From Oopsacas minuta (Eukaryota > Animalia > Porifera), in the NCBI GenBank assembly GCA_024704765.1, contig JAKMXF010000109.1, positions 1 to 17,202 of the forward strand: DNA of 17,202 nt. The letters are read 5' to 3'. The position numbers were made by a program, and so were the translations under genes. Each line of letters opens with the position of its first letter. Position 1 is the first letter of the stretch. Of the stretch, positions 9,500 through 17,202 are shown piece after piece. Below the pieces are notes generated by a model. It was not told the origin of the DNA. It searched no databases and saw only the letters and a list, made by a program, of their open reading frames with translations.

Positions 9500-10241
9500 T
9501 TCATTTGTAAAGATTTTAATATTAAATTTATGGATCTGATTCGTGATTTCTATTTGAGTTAAAGGGAGTATTTAGTAATCCATCCATACCAACCTGTGAA
9601 ACACAAATTGGGCCATTTTCTAGTTTCTAAGTACTATTAACTGGTAGGTCACCACCCTCGCTTCCTGCTGATAATTATATTATATATAATTACATGCTAG
9701 ACTTGACCATTAGTTGCTTGAAAAAGAATCAGTATTGACTTGTTACTGGTTTAAATGATGGGAGTTATGCTATTATAAACCATAAGTGAAGTAATACCTA
9801 CGTATATAGTGACTACTTATCTAGGAGTGCTCGAAAATCTGGTGGTTGGGTGGTGGCCAAGTTAGCAGCCAAATATTTATTGTGCTTATGTTAAATCAGT
9901 AAAAAACGAAATCGTTCTTCAATCCTGGAAACTTTACTACACCTGGCTAAGATATAACGCAGAATATGGGATATTCTGTCATTTTTGTCAAAATCCACCT
10001 AAAATATGTAGTGCGAATAGTATACATATGTCTCGTAGGGTGATTCAAATTATGAAAGTTGATTCCAAACTCTTATTCTGGTTCCTTTACAAATAAAATT
10101 ACCCCTTCCAAAATTTCAAAATAATCGGACGTCGTTTAGGGGTCTCGCAATTTACTAGAATATAACTACGTGAACTGTCATTAAACTATTCTAATATCCA
10201 TGATTTGCGCCATTTGAGTTACTAAATAACAAATTTTAGTA

Positions 10242-10420
10242 CAGGGTGGCTCCAAAGTTCTGATACAAAATCACAATTCATATACAACCATTATCAGGAA
10301 GTATTCTCAATGGTTTGCTCTTCCATGACACACCTTATACGCTTCCTAACGAATTTTATTTCAATTTAGTGTATACTATTTCGAAAAAAATTGTGATTGA
10401 CCATGGAATCTGAGAGGTCA
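10242..10420 (+). mobile_element. 5' end of the same Tc1/mariner family: TA + left TIR + start of transposase (ATG 10403, MESERS), cut by the N at 10421
   Basis: TA|CAGGGTGGCTCCAAAGTTCTGATACAAA is identical over 28 bp to the inverted TIR at 1886-1913. Confidence 0.8.
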
Positions 10421-10460
10421 NTGTTTATTATTATATCATCATTCCTATAGTTCAGAGGCA

Positions 10461-11759
10461 ATGTTATTGATTCTAATTCCAATTATCCTCTCATTATCAT
10501 TGGAGGGAGTTATGTCAAATACCTCACCGATCGGTACTAGCTACTACATACCTAAAGTCGGTCTCCTGGATGAACACCTCGTTGGAGGATACCCCGTATT
10601 CCAAGACCATCCTTCCCAGTGTATACACTCCGTTCCGGATGTTGATATAATACATGGTGGCACTAGTTTCTATGAGGATACGGAGTCTTTCTATAATTCC
10701 ATTGCAATAGATACATCCATATCTCCTGAGTTAGAGGTAGACTTTACAATGGGGTTTACACTGGGATTCATCACTAAGAGTATTAGTGGCACTTCTAACA
10801 GAGTCCGTGGTATTACTTTTAGTGCATTCTCACAAATTTCTAAGGATTATATGGATCAAAAGTGTCTGCTAAATCAGGTTCTTGCCGATTCACTGGTCAA
10901 TGCGTTTGAGAAATTACCTGCAAGCATCGAGAAACCTTGGTTAAAGTCAGAATGGATACCCTATCAGTTATTTCTTGATACATATAACTCGCATATTGTA
11001 ACTGAAGTGAAATATGGTTCGGGAATATATCAACATTGCTTTTCAGATGCAAGTAACAGTTATACTGCCAAACAGTATGGTATTCAAGCTTGTGTAAAAT
11101 TCGCAGATTCAATTCCACTAGCGAATATTGGAATGAATATTTGTTCTGGAATTACAAAAGCAGATATTTCATCTGTGTCTACTTTGTCTACTTCTTCTCG
11201 TCTCGTAATAAGAGGCGGTACTCTAGCAACAAGATCAGCTCTTTATGCCAAACGCACTAACGAATTGATTAAGAAATTCTTAAACGAAGCTAACTCAACT
11301 CACTCACCAATTCAATACAAATTTATGTCAATTTGGAAACTTTTGAAAATGAAATATTACAATTCAGAGCATTACGCTAAGGCAATTAATCTACAGGCAT
11401 ATTACGAGGGATATCTTAATTTCGGCTGTGATTATCTTGTGAGCTCTACATACGTTCAGTTACAGAAGTTTAACCATAGTGAGACAAGTACTGACGATTA
11501 TCCTCGATACGAATGTACTATAGCTCCTTATGGCTGTCAAGTTAATGAAGATTGTCATTATAGAGATGCATTCTGGTGTGAATGTAGAGGAGATTCTTGT
11601 GTGTCGTACAGCACTATTAAGTCCAGTACAAATGTAAAGAGGAAGGTTCCAACCATTTTCACGGGATCTGGTAACGCTTGGCAAAGATGTAATATCTACG
11701 GTTTTGATTGTGAGTGTTCCCGAAATACTGTTTGGCAGAAGATTTGGTCCTCAGAATAA
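10461..11759 (+). CDS. Secreted MACPF-domain pore-forming toxin homolog, sea-anemone PsTX-60/AvTX-60A (DELTA-alicitoxin/thalatoxin)-like, 432 aa
   Basis: Hydrophobic signal peptide (MLLILIPIILSLSLEG). Family-like blocks: FYEDTESFYNSIA, FEKLPASIEKPWLKSEW..Y..FLDTYNSHIVTEVKYGS, LVIRGG, AINLQAYYEGYLNFGC, QKF. Cys-rich EGF-like tail CTIAPYGCQVNEDCHY...CECRGDSC. Single uninterrupted ORF. Confidence 0.88.
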   Translation: MLLILIPIILSLSLEGVMSNTSPIGTSYYIPKVGLLDEHLVGGYPVFQDHPSQCIHSVPDVDIIHGGTSFYEDTESFYNSIAIDTSISPELEVDFTMGFTLGFITKSISGTSNRVRGITFSAFSQISKDYMDQKCLLNQVLADSLVNAFEKLPASIEKPWLKSEWIPYQLFLDTYNSHIVTEVKYGSGIYQHCFSDASNSYTAKQYGIQACVKFADSIPLANIGMNICSGITKADISSVSTLSTSSRLVIRGGTLATRSALYAKRTNELIKKFLNEANSTHSPIQYKFMSIWKLLKMKYYNSEHYAKAINLQAYYEGYLNFGCDYLVSSTYVQLQKFNHSETSTDDYPRYECTIAPYGCQVNEDCHYRDAFWCECRGDSCVSYSTIKSSTNVKRKVPTIFTGSGNAWQRCNIYGFDCECSRNTVWQKIWSSE

Positions 11760-12377
11760 ATGGATCTTAACCCTCGAGCTCTAAGATTACTCAGAATATT
11801 CTTAAGTGTTAAATAATATAATTTATAGAATTACTAAGTTTAATATTGTAACCATTACACTTTCTTATTTTATTATTTCCTATTTTTATACTCATTGATA
11901 AATACATTACGTGTGAATTATTCGAAGTATAGATTCAAACTGTAGGTAATGTAATGTGAAGCTGGGACCAGATGCTTAGCTAGGCCAAAATGAGGGAACG
12001 TTTTCCGCACCTGTACAATAATTCAATTGACATATTGGAGAGCCAAGAAATTCGTGCGGAATTGCCGCATCTAGCTGTGATGATGGAATTGCAATTTTTC
12101 AATTTTGATGTTCACAATACTTGATATCGTAAATTGATCTTCGATATTTTTTTCAGCTTGAAATATTGGGGGTATATTCCTGAAAATTTCCGTGAATGGC
12201 AATACTATAAATTAAGGAGGACAGTGGAGTTAGGTTCCAATTTCACAATTATGGATCAGGGCTACAAAATTTTTGTCTAAAGAAATTCTAAAAATCATTA
12301 TAAGCGTAATTCATTTGAATTTCCAGGCATGGGGCCAGGTCCGGAAGGGTGAAGCTCTCAATTAAACAATGGGATTA

Positions 12378-12493
12378 CAGGCCTGGAGCCACAGATTTTG
12401 AAGTGGTCCGGTTAAAATGTTACTCACCATAGAAGCAGCACTAATAGCGCCAAAAGTGGTCAGATTAAAACCGGACCAGTGACGCTGGCCCTG
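12378..12493. mobile_element. 116-bp CAGG...CCTG mini-element flanked by GATTA on both sides
   Basis: Imperfect TIRs (CAGGCCTGGAGCCAC vs the reverse complement CAGGGCCAGCGTCAC) plus an inner TGGTCCGGTT/AACCGGACCA pair, with a 5-bp direct flank GATTA. Confidence 0.45.
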
Positions 12494-12693
12494 GATTAAG
12501 ACAAAACTTGAACTTAAGCCCTTTATTGATGAACTTCAAGCCCCCAAGCCTAATTGTACGCTTCTTAAAAGCAGTTTTTAAGCACTGTAAATAATAAGCA
12601 TGTATTCTTGGCGGGAAGCTTATGTCGGACATCAGCACAAAGCTATGGCTTGAAAGGGTATGAGCTGAAGCCCTTATTGATAAGCTTAGGCTT

Positions 12694-12820
12694 CAGGGTT
12701 GCCGTGGATATGGAAATCCCCATATCAGGATTCTCAATTGGTGATCCCCACCGAAATCCTGTGAGAATGTAATGGGTATGAGAATTGAAATTCTACTCAC
12801 TTGGCAAGTCGGAGACCCTG
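12694..12820. mobile_element. hAT-type MITE (CAGGGT...ACCCTG) with degenerate 8-bp TSD
   Basis: Flanks are TTAGGCTT and TTGGGCAT (6/8 match), with internal GGAAATCCC motifs. Confidence 0.45.
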
Positions 12821-13238
12821 TTGGGCATTGACTTAAATCCTTCCAAGTCTGCGACTGTCTTGAACAATGGATTCAAATACTTATTAGTAAAAGAATTTTG
12901 AAAAAATAACACAAAATACGTATACCCTGACTAAACTAGTAGTTTAGTAGATGTCGCAACAGGCAGAATTTTCGGCCCAAGGCCGTACATTAAACATACA
13001 GAGTTTAGAATATTTTCTAAAATAGAATGAAAATTGGTTAACCAAAACCCAGGCTTGCCATCTCTATAAACTAAACATATAGGCTGATATAGGAAACAAA
13101 ACATGAAAAACAATTAGCTTATTTAACAAACTACATGGGTTAAAGAAAGTAGAAAGTAGATATGTTAGTTAAGTGACTCTAAAGTTTCAATGCAAAGCTT
13201 GTTATGAAGGAGTTTGCTGTAAAATACATACATCAACT

Positions 13239-14348
13239 TCAATTCAAGAATACATCAATAGTTTCCCACATTTCATTACGCATGAGTTTGTTTAAAAGAG
13301 TATTAGAATAATCCATTAAGTCAATATTCCAAAATCCAATTCCTCGCAGTTCTAGAGATCTCGCCAGTTCATATTTGAAACCTAAACTTAATGGGTCATC
13401 ATACCACATCTGTTGAGTTGAATTCATGTTTTCTACATTAATATATGGGCTTACGGAATCTGAGTCCCATTTTCGGATTGCATCATTTTGAATTACTTTC
13501 ATGAAATAAGAATATGGCAGTTGTCGTCCAGCAGAATCACTGCACTGAGAATTACGAAATATCTTTTCCTCAATTTGACAGCGTTCATTATCAAAAGACA
13601 AACACGTGTAGATATACCCATACCAAGGTAAACCTAATACAAGGAGAGATGAATTAATACCAGATTTCAAATAGGATTCTATTCCGCTAAGAGTCTGATT
13701 ATATGGACTGTTGGCTTTGGCATAGCATGGCGGACCAGCCATTTGGCTTTGTTCATCATAAGCCATTATTACCAAATAATCAGAAGCTTTGCTAAGACCA
13801 ATGTAGTCATAACAACGTAAATCAATACAATCTGGCGACCATGCGGCATCAACAGAAACTTGATAGGCAGTGTTAATGGTAAGTAGTGCTACTCGTGTTT
13901 TTGCAACCAACATAGTGTAAAGTTTTGATTCATCAGCAGTAAGAGGTTGTTCGAAATCAAAGTTTACACCATCAGCAAAATTCTTTTGTACATCCTTCAA
14001 TATGTCAGTAACTGCTTCAGAATGTCTCGATACATTAAGAATTATATCTTTACTCACTATAGGTGGTATAAGGACAGAAGCTCCATAAGAGTGAGCATAA
14101 CAAATAAATTCCATTGGTATTTGCCTATCTTTAGAAAAAGGTACGATAGTATTGATTCTGCTCCAATCATAAAGCTTGTAATTATCAAATCTTAAAGAGA
14201 ACCCAAGCACTACTTTGTCAGGAGCTGGGATAACATTACATAAAGTTTGATTAGTACATTTACAAACACTGGAAGATGAGGAAGAATCAGCGAAAATCAG
14301 AATAGAGATTATCCACATAATCCAATTGAAGAGAGAGATAGAATGCAT
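13239..14348 (-). CDS. CTBS: Di-N-acetylchitobiase (GH18), secreted/lysosomal, 369 aa
   Basis: Signal peptide; GH18 catalytic motif ADGVNFDFEQ; CTBS-specific blocks SVDAAWSPDCIDLRCYDY, MAYDEQSQM, ANSPYNQT, LVLGLPWYGY.Y.C, FRNSQCSDSAGRQLPY and QMWYDDP.SL. No introns. Confidence 0.95.
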   Translation of the reverse strand: MHSISLFNWIMWIISILIFADSSSSSSVCKCTNQTLCNVIPAPDKVVLGFSLRFDNYKLYDWSRINTIVPFSKDRQIPMEFICYAHSYGASVLIPPIVSKDIILNVSRHSEAVTDILKDVQKNFADGVNFDFEQPLTADESKLYTMLVAKTRVALLTINTAYQVSVDAAWSPDCIDLRCYDYIGLSKASDYLVIMAYDEQSQMAGPPCYAKANSPYNQTLSGIESYLKSGINSSLLVLGLPWYGYIYTCLSFDNERCQIEEKIFRNSQCSDSAGRQLPYSYFMKVIQNDAIRKWDSDSVSPYINVENMNSTQQMWYDDPLSLGFKYELARSLELRGIGFWNIDLMDYSNTLLNKLMRNEMWETIDVFLN

Positions 14349-14402
14349 ACTGGGCTAATTCGAATAAAATAATCAGAACAACGTTAAAAATATATAAAGT
14401 TT

Positions 14403-14566
14403 CAACCTGTGCCGACAGCTTAGCCTATAGATTCAAATTTGTTTAAAGTGCCACTACTAATTTGAAGCACTATGTGATTTGGTTAAATTTTCATTTTAAA
14501 GTGCCTCCAATTAAGAGTGCCAACTTAAACAAATTTATCAATAGACTAAGCTGTCGCCACAGGTTG
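14403..14566. mobile_element. Palindromic (foldback) MITE 55 bp upstream of the CTBS start; second partial copy at ~16624-16740
   Basis: CAACCTGTGCCGACAGCTTAG...AAATTTGTTTAA...GCACT pairs with AGTGCC...TTAAACAAATTT...CTAAGCTGTCGCCACAGGTTG. The 16624 copy shares CGACAGCTTAG, TAATTGGAGGCACTATGTG and AGTGCCTCCAATTA. Confidence 0.7.
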
Positions 14567-15167
14567 TAATTGTATAATTTTTGCTCGCTACGCTCACGCT
14601 CGCAGTTGGGTACAATTGCAGAATCTAACACCCCCAACTTTTGTAATGTGGTAAAAAATTCCTATATGCAGCGTTCAAGAACTCGTTAAGAGAAGTTGAT
14701 AGAGCTAAAGAACTCGAAATTCGGATAAAAATTGACGAAGCTAAGAAAAATTCCTTACGAAGCCAAATCCTATGGGGAAATTGTATTATTCCCTATAGTC
14801 AAATTGCATTGATTTATACATTACAACTGCAATAGTAATGCTCATACTTTTGATATTGAGGTTATACTAGCTTCTTACTCTACTCTTTCATGTTCATTTT
14901 TGCTTGTTAATTCTTGTGCTTTAATGGGAAGCTGGTTATTAGATAATTATGTCAGCAACACTAAACATTGCATTGAATATTTTGCCTACAACTTAATTGC
15001 ATCCTGTATATGAAGTCGTTCAAACGTTACCATACTTGCCACTGTTCCTTTGGTTGGCGAGACATCCTGATTTCTCGCCCCCGGATATGTGTTGACTGTA
15101 AATGAGGCTAATGTCTGGCCAAAACTTGCCAAAAGCCTTAATTATCCCTCTATTTTGTAGTCCAGCC

Positions 15168-15696
15168 CAGAGATAGAACCGGTCAGCTTTCTCATGACCC
15201 GACCCGACCGGCCGGTCGACTGGTCGACTGGTAACTATGACTATATACTGCCTGGCCAAAAGTATTGGGACACCCTGCCACTTGTGACACAAGTGGTACA
15301 CGGCGATAATATGTTCAATATTCTGTGGATATAGCAGAAAGTAGAAAATCACTTTTGCTCAAGGTTGATGAATTAATATTTATTAAAAAATGTATGAAAT
15401 AATTTTCAGTTGTGGTCTAGTTCAGTGGTTCTCAACCTGGGGTCCGCACCCCTAAAATATTTTCGTTATGTTTATTGGCAGGGGTCCGCGGACCTCATAA
15501 AATGGACCAAAGAGGTCCGCAAAAGAAAAAAGGTTGAGAACCAATTGTCTAGGGTAATCCAACTGCTAAGTTGAAGTTTTTGGTCAATATGATTACAGTA
15601 TCAAAATCAGATTTACCATATTCAGAAATTCTGACCGGCCGGTCGAGATCTTCGACCGGTACCCGACTCGACCCGACCCGACCGGTTCCATCTCTG
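15168..15696. mobile_element. hAT MITE nested in the above; 17-bp TIR CAGAGAT(A/G)GAACCGGTC, perfect 8-bp TSD GTCCAGCC
   Basis: TSD at 15160-15167 and 15697-15704. GACCCGACCCGACCGG subterminal repeats at both ends. Confidence 0.88.
15423..15547. mobile_element. Charlie/Buster-type hAT MITE (CAGTGGTTCTCAACC...GGTTGAGAACCA) nested inside
   Basis: Canonical Charlie-type TIR. Both flanks contain TCTAG, the known Charlie target core. Confidence 0.8.
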
Positions 15697-16743
15697 GTCC
15701 AGCCTAATACAAATATGCTACATCCGATGATGTCCCGCTTAATTAGACCCTTCTGTCCCGATTTTTTCTTCACTCAGGTTGGCAAGTATGCGTTTCTTAA
15801 CACAAAATTGCCTAAATTTTGATTCACTCTCCTTCCTGTGTTACGCAATTTCACCGTTTTCAAAATGATTGGGATTGTTACACATCAAAAACCACCTCAC
15901 TCGCCTTGCTAACGTTTTTTGGAGGCTGTGGCCCTAAATCACTGGTCCTCAAAACACCCACCTGGCCTAAAAAACAAGCATTTTGGAGGACCCTGAGGTC
16001 CGTATATTGCAGACATATCGAACACCAATCCAGTGAAATAGGGACCCTTACAAATTCTCACACTAGCTATAATACGCCATAGATTGCTCCTTGGCCTAAA
16101 TGTTTTACTGTATTGGTTATCAGGTCACCGTCACGCGCCTAGACCGGCCTCAAAATAATTCACGTACTAGTTCTAAGATCCTAGGATAATATGGATAGCA
16201 CAGAATACATGAAGCATATAGTTATACACTTTTGGTGATGTATTTATTAGGCTACCATAACGTCACGTCACGTATTTTAGCCATCTGCATTTTCCTGGAT
16301 AGTCACGTCACGTCACGTCCCCGAAATTGGGCACGCCCCAGCAAGAGTTTTGTCAAATTACCAACAATAGAAATTAAGTCACCAATAACCTTCAAGACTT
16401 GGGACACCGCTTCGCGCGTTTAATAATTAAAGATGTCAGAGGGGATATAGTATTTCTTTATTCTATATTCGATTACATTTCATTGTATCTAAGTACTTGG
16501 GTACTTAAACGCGTAACACTATGACAATAGTTTAATAACTTGACAACAAATGCTGGAAATTTGAAGCATTCCCCTCAAAATATTATACAACAGTACTAAT
16601 AAAATCTAAATTAAAATCTGTTTCGACAGCTTAGTATTTTATTAAATATTTTAAAGTGGCACAAGTAATTGGAGGCACTATGTGTATACGACAATTTGGG
16701 TTAATTAAATTTAACATTTTATAGTGCCTCCAATTACTAGTTC

Positions 16744-17030
16744 TGGCACAAGTGGTATATCATCATGGTGGCGCAAATGGTACAATTGTGTCAAATTGTG
16801 TCAGATAAAAACTTATACTGCGGTGCAAATCTGCAGTGAACCATTTAAAACATTTCAGCTCTTAATCATAAATTGTTTTTGTGTGCCGGACTGTGGAGCG
16901 GATACGGAACTACAAAACAAACAAATCAATATTGCCCCACAAAATTTGTCAAATTGATTCATTGTGACCTGTGGATTTGCACCTCCGTTATACGATTTTT
17001 GATCTGACACAATTTTCCACTTTTGTGCCA
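16744..17030. mobile_element. Foldback/TIR element (TGGCACAA...TTGTGCCA)
   Basis: TGGCACAAGTGG pairs with CCACTTTTGTGCCA. AATTGTGTCAGATAAAAACTTATACTGCGGTGCAAATC pairs with GATTTGCACCTCCGTTATACGATTTTTGATCTGACACAATT. Confidence 0.65.
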
Positions 17031-17076
17031 ATTTCCAATTTCCAATAGGATTGTATTAGGATTTGGATGATAAAAT

Positions 17077-17202
17077 ACTAGGGGCAAAATTTTATCAGTT
17101 GATTTTGTAAAATGGAAAATTTGTCTACAGAGTCCTGTGCGTAACTAATCAACAAAAAATATATCTAATCTATAAGCCTCTAAATGCCTTAACCACTGGA
17201 CC
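17077..17202 (+). repeat. 126-bp exact copy of 7889-8014 at the window end
   Basis: Direct sequence identity. Confidence 0.97.

Larger units (their letters stand above)
15031..15790. mobile_element. Outer non-autonomous DNA transposon, TIR CATACTTGCCA...TGGCAAGTATG
   Basis: 11-bp perfect TIR. Flanks are CGTTAC and CGTTTC (6 bp, one mismatch). Confidence 0.6.

Noticed and set aside
11723-11759. Idea that the toxin C-terminus was exapted from a repeat
   Set aside because: The Trp/Cys-rich tail (WQRC...CEC...WQKIWS) continues the pattern I recall for this toxin family, so the direction is more likely gene to copy. An alignment would be needed to be sure.
11767-11800. TTAA|CCCT just after the toxin stop, resembling a piggyBac left end
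   Set aside because: No matching AGGG|TTAA end was found, and the paralogous copy extends across this site into coding sequence, so it is not an element boundary.
10897-14195. ORFs 10897-11118, 11460-11684 and 13947-14195
   Set aside because: Antisense shadows of the toxin and CTBS genes with no recognisable motifs.
13239-14348. Bacterial HGT origin or catalytic inactivity of the GH18 gene (Asn in the DxxDxDxE motif)
   Set aside because: The blocks match animal CTBS, where DG(I/V)N(I/F)D(I/F)E is the normal motif and the catalytic Glu is intact.
15020-16082. ORFs 15020-15352, 15549-15773, 15571-15822 and 15819-16082
   Set aside because: They lie in or beside GC-rich MITE repeats, cross TE boundaries and show no protein motifs.
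16110-16340. CGTCA(CGTCA)n clusters as CRE-like enhancer arrays
   Set aside because: More simply explained as subterminal repeats of a decayed MITE; there is no nearby gene or other support.

Overview
AT-rich, transposon-saturated eukaryotic (animal-like) genomic DNA in three pieces separated by single N's (7888, 10421). No prokaryotic features, RNA genes or CRISPR arrays were seen. There are three intact, apparently intronless genes: an MTRES1-like S4-domain mitochondrial protein (9029-9499 +), a secreted sea-anemone-type MACPF pore-forming toxin homolog (PsTX-60/AvTX-60A-like, 10461-11759 +) and, convergent with it, a secreted GH18 di-N-acetylchitobiase (CTBS, 13239-14348 -). The rest is decayed mobile DNA: a ZMYM1-type hAT transposase pseudogene split by a Ginger-like TGT..ACA element, both ends of a Tc1/mariner family, a Gypsy PBS+gag remnant, a Penelope-like remnant, many hAT-type MITEs (one set triple-nested) and a laccase/multicopper-oxidase pseudogene fragment. 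The topology is unusual. Segment 1-7887 closes on itself through one Ginger insertion (same CTAT target duplication, hAT frame restored on rejoining). Segment 7889-17202 has a 126-bp exact terminal redundancy. 961-1690 is an inverted copy of the toxin 3' end and the toxin-chitobiase spacer. This points to a duplicated, rearranging toxin/chitobiase locus, though collapsed or mis-ordered assembly could explain part of it. All family assignments come from motif recognition by eye; no searches were run.
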